A stretch of 63,865 bases of DNA, counting the filler, from Reclinomonas americana ATCC 50394 (Eukaryota): NCBI GenBank assembly GCA_048213135.1. It is 16 parts of 16 records of this genome, joined end to end, with 100 filler letters (N's around TTAATTAATTAA, not from the genome) between each part and the next. Parts side by side here need not be neighbours in the genome. Positions count along the whole stretch, not along the records: positions 11,429 to 19,027 come from AFZH01017481.1; positions 19,128 to 23,011 come from AFZH01017482.1; positions 23,112 to 31,959 come from AFZH01017483.1; 13 more parts are not named here. The stretch is one strand, 5' to 3'. Both the position numbers and the translations under genes were made by a program. Shown piece after piece: positions 11,429 to 30,502 of this stretch. The notes beneath the pieces were generated by a model. It saw only the letters and a list, made by a program, of their open reading frames with translations, did not search any database and was not told the DNA's origin. Position 1 is the stretch's first letter. Every line of letters starts with the position of its first letter.

Positions 11429-14400
11429 TTTTCCCCCCATGCACTCACTTGCCAAGACGAATGGCCGTCTCACGCCACACAGCCGTCTGATGCAGAGCAT
11501 CGCGGAAGCGGCGGCGAGCCGGACCAGAGCGGAAGAGCAGCACGTACAGCACCGCCGCCGGGAAACCGACGGTGAAGCCGGCCAACATAATGGCGACGAA
11601 TGGCGAGGCCACAATCCACCGCGCGTCGTAGCACTGCACGGCGAGATCGGCGCGCAGGAACGACGTGCCGTTCGACAGCGACTGGCACTGGAAGAACTGG
11701 AACAGCGGCACCGACACGCCCGGGTACAGCAGGAAGCAAGCTGCACGACCACAGGTAAGCAGAAAATCGGCAAAGGTGGCGTGTGGCGACAGAGAGACGC
11801 AACTCCAAAACATGCGCTCCAGGTACAACTTCAGGCGCTTGCGTCGCTCACCCTGTGCATCGACAGACACGGTGCGTACGAGGCCCTCGGACTCGGCATT
11901 ACTGCCAATCTGTATGCAAAGGAAGATGAGCATCAAGTCGGCCTTTTCGGTGGACACAATGAGGGTGGGTGACGCACAAACTGGAACTCGTGATCCTGCG
12001 ACTTGTTGTCGCTGCGCTTTCGGTACACCGTCACAAAGTACTGCAGCGTCAACAGACCGAGCAGTGTGCCGAGCACCAGCGGGTAGGCCGTCAGGCGGGC
12101 ATAGAAGCCGGTGCTGCCGGGGAAGGTGCACTCCATGAACGCCGAGGCGCGCAGGAACTCGAGATTCATCCAGCCCCACAGCGGCTCGAGCACCTCCAGC
12201 TGCTTCGGCCACTCGAGCAGGTACGAGTTGATCACCGCCAACAGCTGCACAATGCCCACCATGACTCGCAGGTTGGCCAGCACAGTGTTGTTGCGCACAA
12301 AGTAGAAGATGCCAAAGATGGCCACCACGCCCTGCAATGGCAAGAAAGAGGTGAGAAACTGCTTCTCAGACCACAAGATGGTCTATATAACAAATCCCCT
12401 CCTCACCAACAGGGTCATGGCCAGAGTCACACCACGCACGGCGGCCGACGGGCATTCTGTACAGATGAACAGTGAGCATTCGACAATAGAACAACCTTGG
12501 TCACCAAGCAGACGCAACGCTTGCAAGTGTTGCCAGAGAGCATGAATCCGCTGGCACAAGTGGCGCAACCGCGACCAGTAAAGCCAGTGGCGCAAGGAGC
12601 TGTAGAGGCACGCACAAGGTGAGTATGAAAATAAGCATCATCATCCTGCGCCGACATCACACACGCAACTCTCTTTGCGACCCGTGCACGCGCCACGCAG
12701 CGGGCACGACAGGAACTCGGTCGAGTACGGCGCAGTCTGCCAGAAACCCGGCTCAGCGCCGAGCAGGTTGCCCTCTGAGCACATGGCATTGATCGGGCAC
12801 GGCTGGCACGAGAGGTGCGACGGGCTCGTCTCCACCACCACACCCTTGCAGGGCGCGCACGTCACCACGCCATCGGCCGACTGTGAGAACGTGCCATCGG
12901 GGCAAGCAGCCAGACGTGCGCTCAGCGGCAACGTCACCGCCGGCACCGCCGATGAGCGCACGAGCAGGTTGAACGACAGCGCAGAGGTCTGCGACGTGCC
13001 GACCGACACGTTGCTGAAGCACACGCGACCCTGGCTGGCCTGCGCAGCCACGCTACCGCTAATGACTGGCGGGGCGACGACAGTGGCAGCGGCCGCAGCA
13101 GCTCGCACGCGCTGGCTCGACGTGTCAGTGCTGTTGGTGCTGCCGGCAAGCGAGTCGTCAATCGGAATCACCGACGACGAGTCCACCGAGATGGACATGA
13201 ACGAGGAGCTGTCGCCGACAATTTGCTGCAGGGAAGAAACAAGGGCAATGAGTGACAAGAAAGAAGAGAGAGACACAGAGAGAGAGAGAGAGAGAGAAAA
13301 ACGCAACGTTGCCCAGCTGATCAGTGAGCAGCAGGCAGAACTGCGGCAACTGGCTGCCCGGGAAGGTGAGCAGCGACAGCGGCGCCGAGGCGTCCACAAT
13401 GAGACGCGACGGCTTGGAGGCCATGTCGAGACCAATCACACTAAAGTTGCCACCAAAGACATTGTTGTCCATGCGCGGCTTGACCGAGCTCGGCCAGTAC
13501 ACGGCACCGCCCGACACGGAGGCCGAGTTGTTGTTGAACGTCGAGCCCGTGACGGAGCCAATGGCGCTGTCGCGCACGTTCGGATCGACGCTGGTGCCGG
13601 CCGAGGCCTGGCGCGGCGACGACGAGGAGGCCAGCGCGTTGACGGTGAACGTCGACACCTGCAGGCTGGCGTCTTCGTTGAGCAGCAGAGCACCACCGCG
13701 CTGCGCCGAGTTGCTGGTGAAGATCGAGTCCTGGATGCTGTAGGTGAACTCCTCCGGAGTCGACAGGCCGACACCGAGGTACACCGCACCACCGACGCCG
13801 CCGCTGGCCGAGTTCTGGTCAAATGTCGAGCCGACAATGCTGACCGTGGCACCCTGCACGCCGGGGCGCGCCGGCTCCAGCACGTGAATGGCACCACCGT
13901 TGCCGGTGGCCGAGTTCAGCGTGAAAGCACCGTTGCTGATGCGCAGGTCCAGGCAGCTGGCGCACGCCACGGCGCCGCCAAACGCTGCAGAGCCGTGATC
14001 GAACGACGCGCGGTTCACCAAAAAGGCAGTGTCGCGACCAACGTACACCGCACCACCAGCGCCGTCGGCACCGGCCGTGTTGCTAGTGAACGTGGGGGCG
14101 GTGTTGAGGCGCAGCGAGCTGTTGTCGTCGGCGTAAATGGCGCCGCCAGAGCCGGTCGGATCCGAAGCCGAGTTCTTGTCAAACGTCGACGAGGCAACGC
14201 TGACTGACGAACGGAGCATGAAAATGGCACCGCCACCCTCGCCCGTCGCCACATTGTTGCTGAAAACCGCATCGGTAATCGTACCGGTCGTGTCCTCGAG
14301 GTCCACTGTGTGCGTGTGCAGAGAAAAGGTGGGTGAGTGAGAGTTGAGAGAGAGAGGATGCTGGGAGTGACGCAACATGCGCCACCACGGCTGCCGTGGT

Positions 14401-17400
14401 TGCCGGTGAAGAGGGTGCCGTCGGCAATCTGAATGGCCGCAAAGCGACCACGAATGGCCGTCTCCAGATTGTTGGTGAACTGAGAGCTGGCCAAGTTGGC
14501 CGCACCACCCGTCACCAACACCGCCACTCGCGGCAGGCTGTCAAACGTGCAGTGCGTAAAGCTGGCGGTCGAGCTCGGCCCGTTCACCACCACAGTCGCC
14601 GCCACCGAAGTCTCCGCCACCGACTCCACAAACGTGCTCGAGTCGAGGGCGAGCTTGGCATTGGCCAAGTAAACTGTCACAAGGGGGTGAGTGACTCAAG
14701 AGAGACGACGCAAAGCAACACGAGGGAGCGCAACTGGACAGCGCCTCGGTGCGGGCGGCAGAGCTGCCCGAGAAAGTGAGGCCTTGGCCCGAAAGATTGC
14801 TGCCGGCGAGGAACAAAGCACCGCCGCCAGTGGCCGACGGGTTGGCAATCGAGTTGGTCAAGAAGCGCGTGCGCGCAATCTATTTGTTGTACGGAGATTT
14901 CTTTTAGGCCCATGTGCATAGGGTAAGCAGCGAAACAAGTGTGGCACACTCACCGAGAACGGCTTGGTGGCGTCGCCAATCAAGGCCACGGCACCACCCG
15001 ACTGACCAGCCGAGTTCGACTGGAACTCACTGTCGGTGATCGAAATCGCGATCGTGTCGCGGAACAGAGTGGTCTTGGCCGACACGGCACCGCCCGACAA
15101 GCCGGCCCTGAAAAGTTGAGGTGAGCATCCCCACCACACAACAATGCGATTCTCACTGAAAACGCAACGAATTGCCAGTCAGCTTCACGCTCTGCAGCAG
15201 CAAGCTGGCGTCCTTGAGCGCCAGTGCGCCACCGAGACCCGCCGTGGCCGAGTTGCCCTCCAGCGAAGCATTCTGGATGGTGACCGACGCCGGCTGTGCC
15301 GATGCCTCAGCCTCCACGGCAATGGCTCCACCGTCGCCATCGGCCTGGTTGCCGGTGAAATCACTCAACGCCAGCAGACTGGCGCTGCCCATCCAAATGG
15401 CACCACCAGCACGACCGGCCTTGTTCATCGCAAAGCTCGACACGCTGTCGACGGTGAGCGAGGTGGCGTTGAAGTTGCCGACCAAGCTGCCGCGCAGCAC
15501 CAGCGCACCGCCGACACCGGCGGCCGAGTTGCCAGAGAACAGAGTGCCACGGAACTACGCTCAACACATGCAAAGGGAGTGAGCAGGCTGGCATGGCAAC
15601 GCAAATGTGCGCTTCGAGTATCAGACGCAACGTCGTACGCGGCCTGCACTTCGAGGTACAGAGCACCACCGTCGAGCTGAGCGTGGTTGTTCGTCACACG
15701 AGTGTCGGTGAGGCGAGCGCCCTTGATGGCGACCAGGTTGCCCTCCAGACGCGGCAAGTACACGGCACCACCACGGAAAGCGGTGTTGCCATTCAGGTTG
15801 CTACGATCGAGACGAATCTCGACACCGCCCGTCAGAGCCACGGCACCACCACCGCCACCAGCGACATTGCTGTCCATGGTGGACTCGCTGATGCGCACCG
15901 AGTTGAACGCGGTCGATTGCGTGCGGCTCACACTGCCACCATGCACGTGCACGGCACCACCATTCACACCAGCACTATCCCAAGAAGAACAAGTCAGTGA
16001 AACATGCAGACAAGGGCGCGTCATCAGCAAAGTGCACACACCGGTTGCTGAGGAAGGTGCTCGAGTGAATCCACAGCACCCAGTCGGCGTCGGTGGGTGT
16101 GCGCATGCTAATGGCGCCACCGCTCGAGGCCGTGCTGCTGCAGCTGGAGAACTTGCTGCTCACAATCTTGACAGGGGACTGTCGGCGAGCGCTTTGCGGA
16201 GTCACTGAGGATGGAGAAAGCGCGTGAGCAGTGGTGGTGATGGTGGGTTTCAGGAATGACAATCCCGCTCACCGACAATGCGCAGCGCTCCGGGTCCGTC
16301 AATGGCCTCCAGGTTGGTAAAGGTACTCTCGGTGATGGCCAGCGGTGAATCGAGGCACACCGAGGTGGGGCAATTGTCGACCACACTAATGGCGGGACCG
16401 TCCGAGTTCTGCACCGTCCAGTACGCAATCGAGATCGACTCGTTGACGTCGGTGGAGCACGGGCGCGGGCTCGAGGAGAACGAGCGCACAGACACCAGTG
16501 CCTTTGAGTAACCGAGAGCTGACGGACGTCGGTTCGGCAGCGAGAAGCTCGTCCACTGCAGCAAAGGAAAAGAGACAGTGAGTGACACACGATACAATGG
16601 CAGGGATACCCCACTGGCACGCAGCACTCACCGACACGCGATCAATGGTCACACCTGGCGCGGCTGTGCACAGCGCCACAGCGTCGATCATTTCCACGAC
16701 TGTGTTGTTGAAGTTGTTGTTGAACTGGACGCCCGTCATGTTCAAGTACAGCTGCGTTCCACGAATCGTGCCGTCAAACTCCTCATTGCCGAGCGACGGG
16801 TCTGTGGCAACAATAAAAAGTGAGTTGCGAAAGAAGACAGCCGTTGATGGAGAGCAGCAACGCAACAAGTGGTGGTATCGCGATCCATGCCCGACACGGT
16901 GACCGTGTCGAGAGTGACAGCACTATTCGTGCTGCGCGCCAGCTGCGTGCCGCCGACGACCGTCGACTTGGAGATCGTGAGCGTCGCTCCGTTGGCACCC
17001 TGCCAGAAGAGCGGCTTGCGATCGCGCAGAAGTACGCGCGAGTTGATAATGTTCACCGAGCCACCCTGCAGCGCACGCACGGCAGCCGTGGTGGAGAGGG
17101 AGCCACTCACGGCCGGATTGAACGTGATCTCATCCGAGTCGAAGCGGGCAGAGCCGGCGCCGAGCACCTCAGCGACGCCAGCATCGGGACTGGTGCCGAC
17201 AACCCAGCCCGACTCGAAAATGAGCGACGAGTCCGTGTCCACCGAGAAGGCCGTCGTACCGGCGCACGGGTACACTGCAGCGCTGTTCACTTGCAGGAAC
17301 GCGTTCTGTGATTTGGGGGAGCAGGGGATGAGAAAGGGGACTTGTTTGAAGTGGGATGGAAGCCTCGCTACTGACCTCGAGGAAAAACATGGATCCAATC

Positions 17401-17948
17401 GAGGAAGGAGTGGAAGCCGACGGTGGGCGGCATCGCACAATCGCGTAATTGACCACTCCGGGTGTAGTGTCCCACGGGTCGATCGACACGCAGGCGTTGC
17501 GGACGCGCACTGCTGTCGACACATCATTCGGCAGCTGCTTGGCCACGCGAATGGCGGCCGTGGTGCAGCCGAGCACGCTTACTTGATTGACGGCCTTGGC
17601 CACTGTCAAAAACGGCAAATCGGTGGAGCCGACGCCCGTCGTGTCGTTGCCGTCTTGCGCATGCACGTAGAGCACTGCACACAAAGAGAAGGGATGAATG
17701 ATGTGTGTGAGCTCGACAACTAGACGATGCGGGGTCAGTGAGGGTGGGTGTTGGGGGACGCACCGCAGGCCTTGGAAAAGTCGCACGTGGGTGCAGCGGC
17801 CGTCGCATGGACTATAATTGGCGTGTGTGTGAGGTGAAAATGAGCAAGCATACGGGGGCGGAGGAGGAGGATGAGTGCACGCACCGAGAGCGACCAGCAG
17901 CAGCACCGTCGCCAGCGCGAGTGCAAAATGGCGGTGCGTTAATGACAT
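11429..17948 (-). CDS. Large surface protein: signal peptide, parallel beta-helix (GGA[IVL]/FxxN, Pmp-like) repeats, Cys-rich module and multi-TM domain; 3' partial
   Basis: MSLTHRHFALALATVLLLVAL; LYVHAQDGNDTTGVGSTDLPFLTVAKAV; many FxxN..GGA[IVL] repeats; CPINAMC..AEPGFW..CPLRGAC..CATGFTGRGCATC; TM exons LRVMVGIVQLLAVI, FLLYPGVSVPLFQFFQC, FLRADLAVQCY. Confidence 0.88.
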
Positions 17949-18565
17949 CTGCACGCGAAAAGACAGACGGCGAGTGAGTATGGAGTGGAGTGAAACAGAA
18001 GAAGATGACCTGCCCCGCCCGCTGCACACCTCTTCTTACTCTAATGTAGAGAATAGAGTGTGCGTGTGCGTGTGTGTGTGTGTGCGTGTACAACACGGGC
18101 GGTGGGCAAAACAACAAAAACCGCCAACCAGTGAGGTGCACAGTGGGGAAAAATACACAAACAAGGCACTCTACTCTCCGCCAACCACCGTGAAGAACGC
18201 AAAAACCCACTGAATAACCGTGAAAACGAGGTGGTCGGTCGGAATTTGGGTTTGGTTTGTCCGCAAGCACGCTCTCTCACACGACAACACACAGCAGAGC
18301 ACCACGAAAGACGCGCGCGTGCATGCACAAAGTGTGCGCGTGAAAAGAAACCGCAGAGGACTCACCACACACACGCGGCACTGCGGTTTTTTCTGAAGGG
18401 ACAATTGCGAAAATCTCTCGTCCGAAACCAGAAAGCCGCGGTCGTAACGGTCGAAGTCGACGTCGACTGAGTGGCAAACTCGCATCAATCGCTGATCTGA
18501 GCGCGGCAACGTGAGCAGTGCAGCTACGTCAATGAGCGCACCATCAGCAAACTCTGTGTGCGTAA

Positions 18566-24403
<5,838 letters not shown>

Positions 24404-24459
24404 TTACACAAACACGGTCTTCTTTTATAATTTGCGAAACAACATTATCTCTACCACAT

Positions 24460-27400
24460 TCACCAGTCCTCGCACGCCACCTCCTTCTTCATGCGCTCGG
24501 TGCGCATCTTTTTCTTCTCCAGCTCGTGTCGCACGGGATCTTGGCGAGTCGTGGGCATATCTGTGTGTGTGTTTTCAGTGGTGAGTAGCTGGTGCTGTTG
24601 GAGGTTCGTTCGCTCGACGACGCGGGGACGCAACAGAATCGATCGACTCCCTTGTCCACGATACTCATCACGCACGCTGCAGTGAAGAATGGACACAGGC
24701 TGCGCACACCGGCGTCAATCACTCGTGTGCGAGCAATGGCGTCGCCGGAGATCTCGGGTCGCCGTCGAATGGTGGGATACTCGGTCGAGTCTCGTCGCCG
24801 ATTGCGTTTCTTCTTGTCGCCGGTCTGTGTGTGAGAGAGAGAGAGAGAGAGAGAGGTAAGGGGGTGGCGGAAATGCAGAGAACAGACAGTCAACGCAACA
24901 GCCGAGGAGAAAATGAGATCCATGGTTGCGTTCATCGACATGGTATCGGGACCCGATGAGGCACTGAACGTGGGTGGATCGGCCTTGCCGGCGGCGACCA
25001 CCGTGGCCGACGTGGTATGCAGCACGGGCATGCCGTCTGCATTTACCGCCGACACCTCCAGCGTGGGTCCAGCGAGATCGCCGACCGTGCTGCGGATGCT
25101 GGACGAGCGCGGCAGTGAGCCCTCCGCAGCCTCGGCCAGCGCGCTACCAGCCGGCGCTCGCCGTATGCTGGAGGACCGCGGCAATGCACCCTCAACAGCC
25201 TCCGCCACCGCACTACCTGGTGGCGCTCGTCGAATGCTCGAAACGCGTGGGAGTCCGTCGGAAGCGGCCGCCTCCGCCACAGCACTGCCGAGAGGAGCGC
25301 GACGAACACTCGCCACGCGAGGCAATCCTTCGCTCTCGGAGGCCGGTCCACGCCGCATGCTTGAGCTGCGTGGCAGTCCGTCGCCGTCGACTGCGGCCGC
25401 CGCCGTTGCCGCCGCCGCCGCCGCGTGTGCCGGTGGTGGAGCACGACGCATGCTCGACGAACGACGCATACCGACTTGTCCGCTGTGGAAGACCACATAG
25501 TCAGTGACATCTCTCTTCTGGGGGAAGACTCGATGCCACGCAACAGAGAGGCTGACGGAGGAAACTGCGAGAGTGCCTCCAGTGTGCTTCTGGCCGACAG
25601 AGATGGTCCTCCAGCTGACCCAGGCACCGACAGCGACGTGCGACCAGTATTGGGTGTCGACGGAAGCGGCGAGGCGCCGAGTGTGCTGCCGGCACCAACC
25701 CCGAGGCCCACCACACTGTGGTGACGCCCACTTGGTGTGGTGGGCCGTGTGCTACCACTGCGCAACGGACGACCATCGCCACCTTCACCCGGCACTGCGA
25801 ATGCCACCTGTGTTGGCGCGCGTCCACTGCGTGGTGCTGGCGGAGTGCCCGCCCCCGGTGTCGGTGCGCCAGAGCCGGAGGCGGAGCCACCGCCGGCGGA
25901 CGACGGTGCAGTCACATTGACAGAGAGGCGACCGCCACCGGGAGGGGCCGACGCCGATCTGCGCGAGCCCAACAAGAGCTGCAATCGGGTCAGTCAATAG
26001 GTGACATGCATTGCATGTGTAGAAACTGTGTCCACTCACTAACCTTTGACACTTTTCGCGCATTCATCAGCCTCTGTGTGTCTGTGCGCGGCAGGCGCCA
26101 CTGTGCCTGTGATGGCAAGTGCGGCAGATTGCCGTAGAACATGTCGCCCGAGGGCGAGAAGAAGAGGACGTCGGATCGCATGCGCTTGTCGACACAGAGC
26201 ACGACGGCAGCTGGCGACTCGAGCGCACAGATGCGATAGGGAATGGCAAAACTGTCAATGTTCCAGCGATGTGACACCGCCGTGTCGTACTCGACGTCGA
26301 GAGGCGCCGGCGGCTTGGACACGGCGCCTTCACTGCGCGGCAGCGTCTCCCAGTGCTGCTGCAACTTGTCTGACGATACCAGCTCGGCCAGCTCCAGCGC
26401 TGACAGGCACTGTTCGGCAGTCCAGCGGCGAGTGGGATTCTTGCGCAGGGTCTTGCGGATGATCTTGGCCAGCATCGGCTGCTTGACTTGCGACAGATTG
26501 AGTGTCAGCTCCAGTGGTCCACACAGTGCCTTAATGCAGTCCTCCTCGCTCCCTTCGGACGCCATCAGTGGCTATAGGAGTACAGCAGAGTGAGTGGAGG
26601 TATGAAGAAGGATGGTCTCTCTCTCTCTCAAGTCACCTTGCGGTTGAACATCTCGTACAGCAGCAGCCCGTAGCCCCACATGTCGAACGAGCGCAGACCC
26701 AACAGCTCGCTGTATTCACCCTGAGAGAGGCGCGCCATTTCCGGTGGGCATGTGCTGCACACTCGGAGTGTGAGCTTCATCCTTTGTGCGACGACTGCAG
26801 CAGCGACAACTACTCACTTGATATTCATCCGCTGCTCGAGTGGCTCGTTTTCACGGCACGCATGCTCAAAGCCGGTCACCTTCCAGCCGGAGCCGAAACG
26901 CGCCACGTTAGCCGGGGACACGTCGCCACACACCCACCCCAGTGCATGCAGATCGCGCAGTCCGCGTGCCACATCAATGGCCACCGAGCAAATGTCGGTG
27001 TCGCGAATGGAGAAACGCGAGTGCACCAAGTTCGCCAGCGTCTTGTCGGGGTACTCCATCACCAGACAGCCGTTCGGAGCCTGCACCGGGTCCTCAAAGT
27101 GCTCCCACAGTCGGCACACGTACGGAGACGACACCTCTTGCAGCACTGTGTGTACGACAAGATTGTGAGAGAGAGAGAGAGGGATGATCTTGTGGAGCAT
27201 GTGTGGACGCACCGGCGAGCGCCGAGTAGTACGCAGGCTTGGACTCGCAGTACTTGAGCATCACCCGGCGCCCGAGTTGCACATCAATGGCGGTGCGCAG
27301 GTTCGCGGCCTCCACCGTCTCTTCGGCTTCTGGGGTGAGCAGATACCGGCCACGATACAGGTCCGCTGAGGGGGAATATTGTCAGAAACCAGGTCCCACA

Positions 27401-30222
27401 AAGAGTGATGAACAGCGACTCACCTTGGTGTGCGTCCGTCGCTCGTTGCTTGAGAAGCAGACTCTGTATGTATGCATTCAACAGTGAGCAGTCATGGCGA
27501 TGATCAGCGATTGATGCGCTGTTTTCCTTGATGTGCGGCACCTTGCAATGCTGGTCGGAGAGCACTTTGAGCGCAAAGATGTTGATGCATGCAGCGTCGC
27601 CCTCGGCCGACGCCACGTAAAAGTCGTACGACGAGTGCAGGTAGGTGCAAATCTTTGGCATGGTAGGAACTGCACGCCACACGCACACACTGGTGAGTGT
27701 GATGGTGCAGGGGGTGTGGAAGAAGACGAACGGTGCTCAACTGTTGATCACTCGGACCATAAGCTGGCCGAGATCGAGGTTCCACACTCCGGCCGTCTTG
27801 TCCTTGTGAATGGTGGCAAATGCACACACATTCTCCATGATGGCACAGTCGACGGCCTGCTCGTGCATCTGCAGCGTGTGCATGATGGTGCCGTTGCGGA
27901 GGCTGCGAACTTCCACCGTGCGTTCGGCACACGCCACCAGAAGACCCGGTCGCGACGCCACACAATCCAATTCGTCGTAGATCAAGTTTGGCAGGCATCT
28001 GCACGATGCGATCAACAACAGTTGAGTGCAAAGTGGGGGGAAGGAGAAGGAACATCAGTGAGGATTGATTACCTCCACGAGCAGAACTCGGTAATGGACG
28101 GATTACGAATGTCGACCATGCGGCAGGCTCCCGACAGAGAGACCACCACGCAGCAGGAGAGGAGGAGGGTGGGATCGACACGTGGTGTTCTCTTCACGTG
28201 ACCCAGCGCCACTGCCTCGTCCACACGAATCGGATCGCGGAAGGAGCGCAGATGTATGACTTCGTTAGTGGTCGAGGGGATCAGTTTTTGTACCGACCCG
28301 TTAATGTACGAAATGATCTGCACGCACATGCTGGTGAGCAAGAGCACAAAACGCCTGTGCCCTTCCCTAGTGCGCACACACCTTCACGTCGCCTTCGATG
28401 GTGCCGACAATGATCAATCGATTGGCGGGATCCAGTGTGCACGCGGTAATGTCGCAGTCCACGGCCTCGCTGATGGTAGACACTGGCTCCGCATTCGACG
28501 TCTTGTAGATGTGGATCTCGGAACCAGTGGCCACCAACAGCGTGTCGAACGTGGGGTTGTGGACGACTGCGGAGACGGGCTTGGAGAGACGGGACGAGTC
28601 GGAGTCCTGTCGCTGCGGCCACGCGCAAAAGTTGCGACCAATGGTGTAGATCTCCTGCCGCTGCGGGTCGTACGAGAAGGCACGAATCGGACCCGTGTAG
28701 CTCTTGCTGCCCACTGCACCCAGCGTCTGAATGCAGCTAAACATGCGACTGCGCGAGGATGGTGGGGAAGAAGAAAAGTAAGCAATCTGGACATGTCGCT
28801 GTGGGGCTTCTCCCGACGCACATGTCCCACAGTTTCATCACGCCGCCGCGGTCGACACTGAGAATCTCTGGCGAGTTTTCCAGCGCGTGCACTCCAACCA
28901 GCGGCTTCTCGTGGCCGGTGAGCGTCTGGATCATGCGGTGAGAGAAGGGATTCCACACGCCGACCTCGCGTGAGTAGCCGGCCGTCATGAGGAACTGGAA
29001 GCGTGGCGAGTAAGTGATGCTGGTGATGCCCTTGCGTGAGCCCTCCTTTTCGCCCTTGCATTTGCCGGTGTTGCAGTCCCACACTTTGATCAGGCGATCG
29101 AGAGAGCACGACACAATCATGTCAAGGTCGGGGATCTGCGTGTGAATGTGTGTGAGTGAGGAAGAGAAGTGGTGGCCTTCTCCCCACTTCACCCCGCACC
29201 TGAATGAGACCCGTGACCCAGTCACTGTGGCCACGCGACGTCCACTCCTCTGTCCATCGCCCACTCCTGGGAATGCCGCCCGGTCGTTGTGGATCCCACC
29301 ACCGGATGGAGCCGTCCGTGCCGCCGCCCAGCAGCATGTTGGCGTCCTTGCACCACAGCAGCGTGGACTGCGGTGTGCGCGTCATGAATTCGCCCTGCGG
29401 CTTGAACATTTCCGAGTCCAGCATTTGCACAATGCCGTCGGCACCCGAGAGTGCAATCTGTGTCGCTGGATGAGTTCTTTCTCCCTCCCCCTCTCCCCCT
29501 CTCCTTCTCTCCACACCTCTTCAGAGGCCGGGAGGAACACGGCGTCGAGAATCGGAGCGTTGCGGTCGGCGAGCTTGCGGAGGATTTCGCCAGTGTCGGG
29601 CGAGCGAATGGTGGCGTAGTGATCGTTGGTGCACTGAATGATCTTGGAGCACTCGCGGATGAACTTCATCTTGCCGCAGTCGGCCTCGATGACGTTGCTG
29701 TACTCACGCGGAGTGCTCTCGAACAGCTCCAGAAAGGAGCCTTCACCGCGCGTCAGACTCTCCAGCACCGTCGACGAGAAGTCTTCCCAGTGAATCTGTG
29801 TGAGGAGAAGAGTGTGAGAGGGGACGATCTGCCACTCTCTCTGTGCGTGTATACTCACCTTGCCCCGCTGTGCCGTATCCAGCTGCACAAACAGCTCCGA
29901 CAGCTCAATCACTCGCGCCTCATCCATACGCACGCCATTCCGCTCGAGAATGTTGGAGGTCACCGACGCAAACTGACACGGACGGAATCAGCACGCGCAC
30001 CCCTCCCACTGTCATGTACACACACGCACACACTCACCTCGCGAAAGGTCAGGCCTCCGAAGCCCAGCGAAAACTGCTTTTGCAACTCACGCAGCTGCGA
30101 GTGCTCCAGATCGGAGATGAGCCGCGTGATTGCGAGCTCCTGCGTGTGTGAGTGCGTTTCGCGGGTGAGATGGAGCACAGACGAAGAGAGACAAGGAAGA
30201 ACGAGATAACTTTTCTCGACAT
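24460..30222 (-). CDS. EF-hand + WD40 protein (WDR49/WDR64/EFCAB8-like) with an embedded degenerate protein kinase domain and a low-complexity tail
   Basis: ELFVQLDTAQRGKIHWEDFS (EF-hand); GHSDWV..SCSLDRLIKVWD and GHEKPLV..KLWD; kinase motifs VMLK, CLVMEY, LHALGWVCGDVSPANV, CPPE, FDMWGYGLLLYEM. Confidence 0.8.
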
Positions 30223-30502
30223 GGCCGTTATCTAACTGCGTTTCCGTACGAAAAGACCGGTCGACCGAGCGGACCACTGAATTCCATTCATCTCTCACAT
30301 TGCTTGTCGCTGCGCGCGCGTCTGCACACACAGCACTCCGCCACCAGCAGCATTCTCTGTCAGCGCAACTCTCACTCTCTCGCGTACACACACACATACA
30401 CATTTGCATAACTCGCGCGCATCAGTTCAGTCTGTGTGCATGCTCAGTGTGTGTGTGTCAATGAGGACGTGCTCACTGTGTGCTCTCTGTGTGCGTGTGT
30501 AG

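Noticed and set aside
27545..27670. TIR-like motifs YDFYVAS and YDTAVSHRW flanking the kinase
   Set aside because: Both are short and fit WD40 beta-strands in context; no further TIR elements are visible.
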